Shown one piece after another: positions 37,773-46,301 of a stretch of DNA of 64,000 nucleotides (positions are counted from its first letter, which is position 1; each line of letters opens with the position of its first letter). The translations under genes and the position numbers were made by a program. The notes under the pieces are model-generated. The model had not been told where the DNA came from. It searched no databases and saw nothing but the letters and a program-made list of their open reading frames with translations. The DNA is from Candidatus Parcubacteria bacterium (lineage in GTDB: Bacteria; Patescibacteriota; Minisyncoccia; UBA6257; 2-01-FULL-56-20): the NCBI GenBank assembly GCA_027355945.1, contig DAIEHA010000002.1, positions 15,071 to 79,070 of the forward strand, read 5' to 3'.

Positions 37773-39083
37773 ATGCCCAAAAAGCTCACCCAACGCCAAG
37801 CAGCCATCCTCATTGCCGTCGTGGTCATCGTGATCGGCGGACTTGCATTGTTCGTCCTCAATCTTCGTACCGGAAGCAGCGGCGGCGCATCAGCGAACCT
37901 CACGGTGTGGGGTACCGACAGCCCCAAAGCGTTCAATGATATGATCTCCAAATATGCGGGGCCGGGTTCGGGGTCGCAGGCCAGCATCAAATACACCCAG
38001 ATCGATCCGGCGAATTACGGCAGCCAGGTGCTTCAAGCCATCGCTGCGGGCACCGGACCCGATGTCTTCGAGATAGGGAATAGGGACCTTCCCCAGTGGA
38101 GGAGCGTCCTTATGCCCCTCCATTCCGCATTTGCCTCCACATTCAATCTTTCGATGCTCCAGCAGGATTTCCCCGATGTGGTCTCACGGGATTTCGTTTC
38201 CGGAGGATATATCTACGCCCTCCCTCTTTCCATCGATACGATGGCCATGATCTATAACAGGGATCTTTTCAATACGGCGGGAATCGTGACCCCTCCGAAG
38301 ACGTGGAGCCAGCTTGATGCGGACATCGCCCTTCTCCGGCAAGAGAATTCCTCGGGCCAGATCACCCAAGCGGCGTTCGCACTCGGAGGATCCGAGGCTT
38401 CGATCTCCGATGCTCCCGATATCGTCTTCCTCATGATGATCCAGAACGGTAGCCAGATGATCTCAAGCGACGGCTCTTCGGTGACATTCGCGAGCACAGG
38501 AGGAGCTTCCGGTACGGCCGGTCAGAACGCTTTCAATTTCTACCTCCAATTCTCCAATGCGGCATCGCAATATTACACGTGGAATGACAGCATGGGAGAT
38601 GCTCTCGATGCGTTCGCACAGGGGAAGGTGGCTGCTATTTTCGATTATTCTTCGGCGCTTCCCACCATCCGGGCAAAAGCCCCATTCCTTAATTACGGCG
38701 TCGCACCGATGCCTCAGGCCGATAATGCGCAGACCGCCGTGGCATATGCCGATTATCGCGGCCTTGCGGTGAACAAGAACAGTCCGAATGCGGCGGCGGC
38801 ATGGCAATTCATCATTGGCTTGACCACAAACCCCACGGATGCGAGTATTTATACATCGGATACCGGTGCCCCTCCGGCGCTTCGGAGCTTGATTTCCGCA
38901 GGTATGACCGACCCGGTGATGGCGGTGTTCGCGTCCCAGGCGCTCGAGGCGAAGTCGTGGTATGAGGCGAACAGTGTGAACATCGATACCGCAGTGAACG
39001 CTGCCATCACGAGCGTATTGCAGGGGTCCGCCGATTCGACGACCGCCCTCAACGAAGCCCAGTCACAGATAAACGGAGGATAG
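37773..39083 (+). CDS. Extracellular solute-binding protein (ABC-type, family 1-like), orphan
   Basis: Signal anchor. LTVWGTD...AAGTGPDVFEIG pattern typical of sugar-type SBPs. No permease or ATPase nearby. Confidence 0.6.
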   Translation: MPKKLTQRQAAILIAVVVIVIGGLALFVLNLRTGSSGGASANLTVWGTDSPKAFNDMISKYAGPGSGSQASIKYTQIDPANYGSQVLQAIAAGTGPDVFEIGNRDLPQWRSVLMPLHSAFASTFNLSMLQQDFPDVVSRDFVSGGYIYALPLSIDTMAMIYNRDLFNTAGIVTPPKTWSQLDADIALLRQENSSGQITQAAFALGGSEASISDAPDIVFLMMIQNGSQMISSDGSSVTFASTGGASGTAGQNAFNFYLQFSNAASQYYTWNDSMGDALDAFAQGKVAAIFDYSSALPTIRAKAPFLNYGVAPMPQADNAQTAVAYADYRGLAVNKNSPNAAAAWQFIIGLTTNPTDASIYTSDTGAPPALRSLISAGMTDPVMAVFASQALEAKSWYEANSVNIDTAVNAAITSVLQGSADSTTALNEAQSQINGG

Positions 39084-39103
39084 GCGAATCATCAATCGAG
39101 GCA

Positions 39104-39676
39104 ATGCCAAAGACATTCCGCAGATCATCGCTTCTCAGGACACTCCCCATCCTTGCGATCCTTGCATCCATGGCGTTTCCTTTTGCTGCGTCCGCGGCGA
39201 CGATGCCGTCGATCTGGCCTACGGGATGGTGGGGGCCCATCGTCTCGTGCACCGGGAACTACATTCCCAATTCCCCGCAGATACCGGTGAATGGATCGCA
39301 GCCCAAACCTTGCACCAGCCTTGATGATCTCGTGCAGACCCTGCTGAATGCGCTTTCGCTCCTTATGTCCATCGCGCTCTTCATCATCGCCCCTATCCTT
39401 GTCGCGGTAGGGGGTATCATGCTTATGATGGGTGGCGCGAATCCCGAGATGTTGGGAAGAGGGAAGAGCATCCTTACGGGGACCGTCATCGGTGCCGTTA
39501 TCATCTTGTCCTCGTATCTCATCATCAGCACCGTCCTTACCGCGTTCGGCGTCGTGCAATGCTTCGGAGGATTCGGTCCCGGATGCGCCACTGCGGGATC
39601 CTCATTCATATATCCGATGAAAGGTCTTGGGGAAACGGCGTTCGCCGCCGCACTTTTCAAAAATGCGATTCTTTGA
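39104..39676 (+). CDS. VirB2/TrbC-like pilin paralog 1 (inferred)
   Basis: Signal peptide plus two hydrophobic helices separated by the GGANPEMLGRGKSILTG loop. Paralogous to 41260, 41741 and 42274. Confidence 0.5.
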   Translation: MPKTFRRSSLLRTLPILAILASMAFPFAASAATMPSIWPTGWWGPIVSCTGNYIPNSPQIPVNGSQPKPCTSLDDLVQTLLNALSLLMSIALFIIAPILVAVGGIMLMMGGANPEMLGRGKSILTGTVIGAVIILSSYLIISTVLTAFGVVQCFGGFGPGCATAGSSFIYPMKGLGETAFAAALFKNAIL

Positions 39677-40517
39677 GAAGACCTCTTCCTTCTTTGCGCT
39701 CGCCGCATCCGCGGCCGCATTCATCGTCCCCTCGATCTCCTTTGCCGCGGTTCAGATTTCCACATCCATCCCCGGCGGGGTATATAGCACCTCAAGCGTG
39801 GGTATCGGGGCCTATGTGGGCAATTTCTACGCATTCGCGCTCTGGGCAGGGGGTATCCTCGCTTTTGCGGTCGTCGTCTTTGGAGGGGTGAAGTACATGG
39901 TATCCGTGGGGAATCCCTCGAACCAGGAGGATGCGAAGGAATGGATCAAATCCGCGCTTCTGGGGGTCCTCCTCCTTGCAGGCGCCTACTTCATCCTCAA
40001 TCTCGTCAATCCCCAACTCACCAACCTCACCCCTCCCGCCCTTGCTCCTGTGAATCTGCAGCAGTCATTGCAGAACTCCTTCAGTGCGGTCTCGCCGCTC
40101 AATAGCACGCAATATCCGCAATCCTATAATGCCAGCCGTCTTTCTCAAGCCGGCGTGGGAGTGTTCAGCTCCGGAAATTGCAGCACGCAGAGCAATGCCG
40201 CCTGCACCAGCCTGCAGGGCATGCGCACGGATACTGTGAATGAGGTGGTGACCCTGAAAAAGGATTGCGGATGCACCGTTACCGTCACCGGAGGCACGGA
40301 AGCGGGTCATGCCGTATCCGCGAACGGTATCGATCACGCCGATGGATATAAAGCCGATCTTGCGGCGAACAGCGGGCTTACCAATTATATCGAGAGTACA
40401 TTCGCGCCCGTGGGATATCGGGGAAGCGACGGAGCCCAGCAATGGAAGGACAATACCACCGGGGCGATCTATGCATACGAACCCTGGAGCAACCATTGGG
40501 ATATCACCGTGCCATAA
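39663..40517 (+). CDS. Pilin-like paralog 2 with ~190 aa Cys-containing C-terminal extension
   Basis: Same signal, TM, GNPSNQEDAKEWIKSALLG loop, TM architecture. Then a Q/S/N-rich region with CSTQSNAAC and CGC. The internal MRFFEK start is preferred (ORF track 39627). Confidence 0.5.
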   Translation: MRFFEKTSSFFALAASAAAFIVPSISFAAVQISTSIPGGVYSTSSVGIGAYVGNFYAFALWAGGILAFAVVVFGGVKYMVSVGNPSNQEDAKEWIKSALLGVLLLAGAYFILNLVNPQLTNLTPPALAPVNLQQSLQNSFSAVSPLNSTQYPQSYNASRLSQAGVGVFSSGNCSTQSNAACTSLQGMRTDTVNEVVTLKKDCGCTVTVTGGTEAGHAVSANGIDHADGYKADLAANSGLTNYIESTFAPVGYRGSDGAQQWKDNTTGAIYAYEPWSNHWDITVP

Positions 40518-40526
40518 ATCCGATCG

Positions 40527-41228
40527 ATGCAAACAATCATGAAAAAATTATTCATTGTTCTCGGAGTGCTCGCGGCGGGCGTGGCGGTATGGTTCATTGC
40601 ACGGGGTGCGGCTCCTGCGTCCGCGCAGGGACTTCCTCCTCCTTCTGCCGCCCCCACTCCCACTCCTGTTCCCGCTCCTGTTCCCGTAAGCGCGGTGCCG
40701 ATCTATCAGACATCCACGGCTGGCGCGAATGGGGGAGGATCTTCTTCAGGGTCCCCCGTGCATGCGGTGCCGATCTATCAGACATCCACGGCTGGCGCGA
40801 ATGGGGGAGGCCTTTTGGGTACGGCAGCGCCGGTTGCGGGAGCTTCGGGAGGAGGGGCGCTCGGTCTCGTTCCCGTCTATAAGGTTCCCAGTTCTTCCGT
40901 GATCACGATCCAAACCCAATCGGGCGGCATTCCGTTGAATAATTTCTATTCTTCCGCGCTCGGAGCCCAGGATGAATTCGTGGTGCTCGCGCGAACGGGT
41001 TCTTATGAGATAGATTACGATACCTATACCAGCGGATTCGACATCGATATCCTCGGCGGCTCGCTCAGTGCGGATCAACCCCCCGCAGAGGCCGCGTTCC
41101 TTGCCATGCTTGGCATTGCTAAGACAAACGCCTGTCGTCTTACGGTTGCGGTGAGCGAGACGGCGGTAAGCAGTACCATGCGGCTCCCCCTGAGTTTCTG
41201 CGCCTCATCGTCGGCCTTTTCGCAATAA
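40527..41228 (+). CDS. Secreted Pro/Ala-rich protein with duplicated AVPIYQTSTAGANGGG segment
   Basis: Signal peptide, PTPTPVPAPVPV linker, and an exact 46 nt direct repeat (40693..40738 and 40765..40810). Confidence 0.5.
   Translation: MQTIMKKLFIVLGVLAAGVAVWFIARGAAPASAQGLPPPSAAPTPTPVPAPVPVSAVPIYQTSTAGANGGGSSSGSPVHAVPIYQTSTAGANGGGLLGTAAPVAGASGGGALGLVPVYKVPSSSVITIQTQSGGIPLNNFYSSALGAQDEFVVLARTGSYEIDYDTYTSGFDIDILGGSLSADQPPAEAAFLAMLGIAKTNACRLTVAVSETAVSSTMRLPLSFCASSSAFSQ
40693..40810 (+). repeat. Two exact 46 nt direct repeats, 72 nt period, inside a CDS
   Basis: gcggtgccgatctatcagacatccacggctggcgcgaatgggggagg occurs twice. Confidence 0.8.
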
Positions 41229-41259
41229 CATCCATTTGCTGGTGGTGTATAATTAAGCC

Positions 41260-41703
41260 ATGGCCCCAAAAAAGAGAAACAACTGGAGAAGGAATATCAT
41301 GCTGGGGGCGGCTTTGCTTTCATTGGGCATTCTCCTGGCCGCATCGGGGGGGGTTGTGCATGCGCAAACCAACGATAGCAATGTGAATAATCTTATGAAT
41401 ACTCTCCGGGGTCATCCCAGCTCGGGAGGGTCCTCCCAGGTCACGCTCTTCGACCCTCTCCAGGGCCAGGGTTTCAGCGCCATTCTTGCGAGCGTAGTGA
41501 ATTTTCTCGTTGTCGATATCGCCATTCCGCTCACCTCCATTATGGTGCTCGTCGGGGCGTTCCAGATGATCACCTCCTCCGGCGATCCCGAGAAGTACGG
41601 CAAGGGAAGGAAGACGCTTCTCTGGGCCGCGATCGGGTTCGTGGTCTCCCTCGTTGCCACAAGCGTCGTGACGCTTATCAGGGGGATCTTCGGGGTGGGG
41701 TAG
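41260..41703 (+). CDS. VirB2/TrbC-like pilin paralog 3 (inferred)
   Basis: Signal peptide. TM1 ...MVLVGAFQMITSSGDPEKYGKGRKTLLWAAIGFVVSL... TM2. Confidence 0.5.
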   Translation: MAPKKRNNWRRNIMLGAALLSLGILLAASGGVVHAQTNDSNVNNLMNTLRGHPSSGGSSQVTLFDPLQGQGFSAILASVVNFLVVDIAIPLTSIMVLVGAFQMITSSGDPEKYGKGRKTLLWAAIGFVVSLVATSVVTLIRGIFGVG

Positions 41704-41740
41704 GTTCGATCGGATAACAGGTCGTCATCCAAGAAAACAA

Positions 41741-42205
41741 ATGAACAAACATATTTTACAGATAAGATCATCGGTGCAGAGGGCAACTTCGTTCCTGATC
41801 ATACTCGGAGGGGTTGCGGCGGCACCTCTCGCATTCGCCCAGGGTGCCGGAGGCCTTGGCGGATTGGACACGAGCGTGTTCAATAGCGGTCAGCCGACCG
41901 TGACGTACGGGGGAGCCGCCCCATCCCTTTCTTTGAGCAGTGCAAGCGATGTGGTGAACAAGATATTATGTCCCACCTTCAGCCTGATGTTCTGGATACT
42001 GATGGCGGTTTCCATGATCATGGTCCTCATGGCGGGATTCCAATATGCCACGGCCGGGGATGATACCGAAAAGACCACGAAGGGAAGGAAGACGCTTACC
42101 TGGGCCGCCGTCGGCATCGTAGTGGCGCTTTCCGCCAAGGCATTCCCCGTGCTCGTAGCAAGCATCTATGGAGTGACTGGTGTTCTTCAGTGCGCAGCCT
42201 TCTAG
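41741..42205 (+). CDS. VirB2/TrbC-like pilin paralog 4 (inferred)
   Basis: ...MVLMAGFQYATAGDDTEKTTKGRKTLTWAAVGIVVAL... Confidence 0.5.
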   Translation: MNKHILQIRSSVQRATSFLIILGGVAAAPLAFAQGAGGLGGLDTSVFNSGQPTVTYGGAAPSLSLSSASDVVNKILCPTFSLMFWILMAVSMIMVLMAGFQYATAGDDTEKTTKGRKTLTWAAVGIVVALSAKAFPVLVASIYGVTGVLQCAAF

Positions 42206-42273
42206 TTTGCCCGTATCTCTAAATGGAGTATACTGGAAGGGTAACGTGAAAGGTCGAGTTATCGAACAAGCTT

Positions 42274-42669
42274 ATGGATAAAGCGATCAGTTTTGCGAAA
42301 AAAGTTGGCCCCACCATGATTTCTTTCGTGGTGCCTGCCCTTGCGTTTGCGCAGGGCATTCAGAATCCGCTGCCCGGTACGGGGGTGAGCAATGTTCCTG
42401 TTGCCAATATCACGAGCCTGCAGTCCATCCTCAACGATCTCTGCGTCGTGTTTGCCTGGATGTTCTACTTCTTGATCGTGGTGGCAATCATCTTCGTCGT
42501 CGTTGCGGCATTCAAGTATCTGACCGCAGGAGGCGATCCGGAGAAGGTGAAGAGCGCAGGAGCAACCCTCCTCTATGCCGCGGTCGCGATCGGTGTTGCG
42601 CTTCTCGCGAAGGCAATCCCGCTCGTCGTCGGAAACTTCCTCGGAGCAGGTACGGTCACGTCCTGCTAG
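42274..42669 (+). CDS. VirB2/TrbC-like pilin paralog 5 (inferred)
   Basis: ...VVVAAFKYLTAGGDPEKVKSAGATLLYAAVAIGVAL... Confidence 0.5.
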   Translation: MDKAISFAKKVGPTMISFVVPALAFAQGIQNPLPGTGVSNVPVANITSLQSILNDLCVVFAWMFYFLIVVAIIFVVVAAFKYLTAGGDPEKVKSAGATLLYAAVAIGVALLAKAIPLVVGNFLGAGTVTSC

Positions 42670-42697
42670 GCGGAAAGTTCCATCGTGGAATCATGCG

Positions 42698-42727
42698 AAA
42701 TCCCGCAGCAATGCGGGATTTTGTTTT
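42698..42727 (+). terminator. Rho-independent terminator closing the pilin-like cluster
   Basis: AATCCCGCA-GCAA-TGCGGGATT followed by TTGTTTT. Confidence 0.6.
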
Positions 42728-42799
42728 GCATCCTATTAAGACAAAAATTTACCCCGCATGCGTCGACGTTGTGCGTCATTGCATGCGGGGCTGATGATC

Positions 42800-43279
42800 T
42801 CATTGGGCGGCGCTCCATACTGCCACCCAGACGATCGCTGCCGCGAGAAGCAATACTATCATGATCCCGCCTTCCACTTCGACATTTTTATTCCTGTACC
42901 AGGGCCGTGTAGCCCTGGGAGCGGACGGGGCAGGAATCATCGGGATCGGCAGTTTTGCGACGTGGTATCTTGCCGCAATCTTGCGCCGTTCATCCCACCG
43001 CGATGACTCCATCTGATGAGGGTCATTCTTTCCGCCAACCCTCACCGACATTACATGGAACTGCTGCTTCTCCTCGGTCACCTTCACGGCGACCGAAGCG
43101 GGGACGTAGATCCCCTCTTCTTTTAGATGGATGAGGACTTTCATTGTGAATTCCCCATCCTCCGTCATTTTGAATACTTTTTTCGCACGCTTCTCGAGCG
43201 CGCTCGAGAGAGGGTCTACCAATGGCCCTCCCAGTTTTTCTGCGACTTTTCGCCGCAGAAGTTCCAACCAAGAGAACAT
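42800..43279 (-). CDS. Hypothetical protein with C-terminal TM anchor
   Basis: The internal start MFSWLELLRR is chosen. C-terminal IMIVLLLAAAIVWVAVWSAA helix. Confidence 0.4.
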   Translation of the reverse strand: MFSWLELLRRKVAEKLGGPLVDPLSSALEKRAKKVFKMTEDGEFTMKVLIHLKEEGIYVPASVAVKVTEEKQQFHVMSVRVGGKNDPHQMESSRWDERRKIAARYHVAKLPIPMIPAPSAPRATRPWYRNKNVEVEGGIMIVLLLAAAIVWVAVWSAAQ

Positions 43280-43393
43280 GGTTCCTCCTCTGTTCTTCGC
43301 GCCGTCGTGCTGCGCTACTACATTATATATCATATATAATATATTTTGTCAAATATCACGGTATGGGTTAGGATAAAGGTCGTGGTACTGTCT

Positions 43394-43474
43394 GCTGGGG
43401 TGGCGAAATGGCAGACGCACCGGCTTTAGGAGCCGGCGCCGCAAGGCATGTGGGTTCAAGTCCCACCCCCAGCA
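43394..43474 (+). tRNA. tRNA-Leu (UAG), class II with long variable arm
   Basis: Manual fold: acceptor GCTGGGG/CCCCAGC, anticodon stem CCGGC/GCCGG, loop TTTAGGA, variable arm GCCGCAAGGC, T arm GTGGG-TTCAAGT-CCCAC, discriminator A. Confidence 0.82.
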
Positions 43475-43596
43475 CATCGAAGTCCGGCGAGCGCGAGCAG
43501 AGCAACACGGGCGAGTATCTGCTTCACTGTATCTTCCGATAGCGTGACGATTAAAAAATAGACCCCCGTCCACGGATTTTCGTGGAGGGGGGTCTC

Positions 43597-43974
43597 TCAT
43601 GCGTCCAGCGCGGTACGCAATTTGTTCAACATCTGCTTGATCGATCTTCCCGCCGCCTTCTGAAGCAGCGGGTTTTCCATCACCGACGCAATCTCTTCTT
43701 CGGTAAGGCCCAACTTCTTCGAAAGGAATTCGGTCGCAGTATTTCCATTGGATTTGCTGCGATCGTCAAACTCGATGCCTTCTCCGAGAAGTGATTGTAT
43801 CGCACCCCGATATTTCAGGGTGACGGTTCGATCTCCCGATTCCCACCGGGAGATCAGGCTTGCAAAGCTCACCACCGATGTTTTCGAGCGCATGTTGGGG
43901 ATCAGTGGAAAGAGCTTTTCCGCGAATTCACGTATTCCCCATCCTTTTGCAACGCGTGCTTCCTTGAGAAGCAT
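43597..43974 (-). CDS. XRE-family helix-turn-helix transcriptional regulator
   Basis: LLKEARVAKGWGIREFAEKL is HTH_3-like. 125 aa. Confidence 0.55.
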   Translation of the reverse strand: MLLKEARVAKGWGIREFAEKLFPLIPNMRSKTSVVSFASLISRWESGDRTVTLKYRGAIQSLLGEGIEFDDRSKSNGNTATEFLSKKLGLTEEEIASVMENPLLQKAAGRSIKQMLNKLRTALDA

Positions 43975-44181
43975 AGTGCTCCTTTCGTCGAGAGAGGCCC
44001 GACGACAGATTTTATTATATTACATAATCAGTATTTTGTCTATATATTCTCCTGGATGCAGGAGTTTTGATCGAGGCGTATCGCGGTGCACTCAGCGTTC
44101 CTGCGTCATTCTTTCATCGATCGTGATGACTCCCGCGGTGCTGCATGCCGCGATCGGCGCCGCGGCACATCCTTTTTCATG

Positions 44182-45132
44182 CTATTGCTGCCTGCCGTGG
44201 AACTTCTCATGCACCTCGCGAAGCTGTTTGTTCGTGAGATGGGTATAGATCTGCGTGGTTGCAATGTTCGCATGGCCGAGCAGTTCCTGGACGGAACGGA
44301 GGTCGGCGCCGTTTATGAGAAGGTCGGTCGCAAAGCTGTGGCGGAGGAGATGGGCGTGGATGCGTTCGGGGATGCCCGCTTCCTTTGCGCGGCGTTCCAC
44401 GATCCGCTGGACGGCGCGATGGGTGATCGGGCCGATCGCTTTGTCCATCCTGTCCAGGCTCACGAACAATCTTTCTTCCGGATCGGTGCGCATATCGAGA
44501 TAGGTTTTTATCGCATCGCGTGCGCGGTCGGAGATGAATACGACGCGCAGCTTGTCGCCTTTGCCCCGCACGGAGATCTCGCCGCGCTTCCAGTCGGCAT
44601 ACCGCGAGAGCGCACAAAGCTCGGCGAGGCGAAGTCCCGTCGAAAAGAACGTTTCAAGGATCGCGCGGTCCCGCAGATCGCGGAGCGAGGGGGCGCGTTT
44701 TTTTGCGGCTGCCGATGCGAGCGGTGCCTCGAGGAGCCGGACGAGGTCCTCTGGTCGTATCGTCTCGATCTGGCGCGAACCGATCTTCGGCAATTCGATC
44801 TTTTCCGCGGCGAGCGTCTCGATGTCGCGCTTGCGCAGGAATTTGAGAAAGTTGCGGATCGCGATCACGTAATAGCCCTGTGTCACTTTTTTGAGCCCTT
44901 GTTCGTCGAGTGAGTTGCGGAAACCGCTTACGAGATCGATCGTGATGTCGGAGGGGGATGATATCCCCGTAAATTCAACGAATTTGCCGAGGCAGCGTCC
45001 GTAGTTTTCACGCGTCTTCCTTGAGCGGTTCTTTTCGACGGTAAGATAGTTGAGATAGGTGCGGACCCATCGTTCGAGTTCTGTGCGCGGTGCAGGCTCT
45101 TTTTCGGGCATTCGTTCCTTTGGCGGAGGCAT
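44182..45132 (-). CDS. Tyrosine recombinase (XerC/XerD-like integrase)
   Basis: Catalytic-domain motifs HLLRHSFATDLL and LLGHANIATTQIYTHL. N-terminal SAM-like core-binding region. Start MPPPKE preceded by GGAGG. Confidence 0.85.
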   Translation of the reverse strand: MPPPKERMPEKEPAPRTELERWVRTYLNYLTVEKNRSRKTRENYGRCLGKFVEFTGISSPSDITIDLVSGFRNSLDEQGLKKVTQGYYVIAIRNFLKFLRKRDIETLAAEKIELPKIGSRQIETIRPEDLVRLLEAPLASAAAKKRAPSLRDLRDRAILETFFSTGLRLAELCALSRYADWKRGEISVRGKGDKLRVVFISDRARDAIKTYLDMRTDPEERLFVSLDRMDKAIGPITHRAVQRIVERRAKEAGIPERIHAHLLRHSFATDLLINGADLRSVQELLGHANIATTQIYTHLTNKQLREVHEKFHGRQQ

Positions 45133-45243
45133 GATTTCATTATACCTCCATCTGTCGCACAATGTGATAGCGTCGTATCGGTACGACGGGGATATGACGC
45201 GGACCCCTTGCTAAATTTTCCGGAATAGGTTATCATATCATCA

Positions 45244-45510
45244 ATGCTTACCAAAAGAGTTAAATCCCGCATCGTCGGGGAAAATAAGACCCACGATAAG
45301 GATACGGGTTCCGCCCAGGTTCAGATCGCGATGACGAGCCGTCAGATCGACGAGCTTGCGGCCCATCTCAAAAAGAATCCGAAGGACAATCACTCGCGCC
45401 GCGGTCTTTTGAAGATGGTTTCACGAAGGCGCAAGCTTCTTGCATATCTGAAGAAGCATGAACCTTCCTCCTACGAAAAGTTGATCAAGAAGCTCGAACT
45501 TAAGAAATAA
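45244..45510 (+). CDS. rpsO: 30S ribosomal protein S15
   Basis: 88 aa. GSAQVQIAMTSRQIDELAAHLKKNPKDNHSRRGLLKMVSRRRKLLAYL is canonical S15. Confidence 0.95.
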   Translation: MLTKRVKSRIVGENKTHDKDTGSAQVQIAMTSRQIDELAAHLKKNPKDNHSRRGLLKMVSRRRKLLAYLKKHEPSSYEKLIKKLELKK

Positions 45511-46166
45511 TGAGACAGCGTGCGGCCAATTCCAACCAGCGGGTTGGAATTTTCGTTGATGTGTCGAATCTCTACCATTCGGCGAAGAATCTCTATCAAG
45601 GCAGGGTGAACTATGCCGAGCTTATCAAGCATCTTGTGGCTGATCGGCAGCTCATCCGGGCAATGGCGTATGTCGTGAAAAGCGAGGGCATCGAGCCTCA
45701 GCATTCCGCGCGCGATGAAAAGGGACAGCAAGGGAGGGGGCGGTCCCTCCATTCCACAGGATCCTTTGCGGCCCCTTCGGCATCCGCCGATGCGAGCGCG
45801 GGCGGCGGATCCTCCGAGGCAAGCTTCTTTGAGGCTCTTGAGAAGGCGGGATTCGAGCTCCGGATGAAGGACCTTCAGATCTTTGCGGGAGGTATGAAGA
45901 AGGGCGATTGGGACGTTGGCATCGCGGTGGATGCCATTCGGATGATGCCGTCGCTCGACGTCGTCATTCTTGTGACGGGCGACGGCGATTTCGTGCCGCT
46001 CGTCAACTATCTGAAATGGGCGGGAGGGTGCGTGGTCGAGGTCGCCTCATTCAGGCGGAGCGCATCATCGAAGATCGTGGAGGCGGCGGACGAGTTCATC
46101 AACATCGAGACGATCCCGCGCGCGGTCATGAAGACGCGGTATCGGCGGACTCCGGTGGAGAGGTAG
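45510..46166 (+). CDS. NYN-domain (LabA-like, PIN-fold) protein
   Basis: VGIFVDVSNLY...DVGIAVDAIRMMPSLDVVILVTGDGDFVPLV matches the NYN/LabA catalytic core. Start overlaps the rpsO stop (TAATG). Confidence 0.7.
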   Translation: MRQRAANSNQRVGIFVDVSNLYHSAKNLYQGRVNYAELIKHLVADRQLIRAMAYVVKSEGIEPQHSARDEKGQQGRGRSLHSTGSFAAPSASADASAGGGSSEASFFEALEKAGFELRMKDLQIFAGGMKKGDWDVGIAVDAIRMMPSLDVVILVTGDGDFVPLVNYLKWAGGCVVEVASFRRSASSKIVEAADEFINIETIPRAVMKTRYRRTPVER

Positions 46167-46301
46167 ATCAAAAAAATAACCGAGGTGCGATAAAGGGAGG
46201 TCATTCCGAGCGGTGTGTGCGATCCGCGGCAGGTGCTGCGAGGGATCGTACCCAGCGCTCAGGATGACATTGCTCCCGAGGTTCGCGCTTCATACTGCAT
46301 A

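Noticed and set aside
35276-37996. Minus-strand ORFs of 381 and 503 aa inside gyrA
   Set aside because: Antisense to GyrA. Low-complexity R/D/E/L-rich products.
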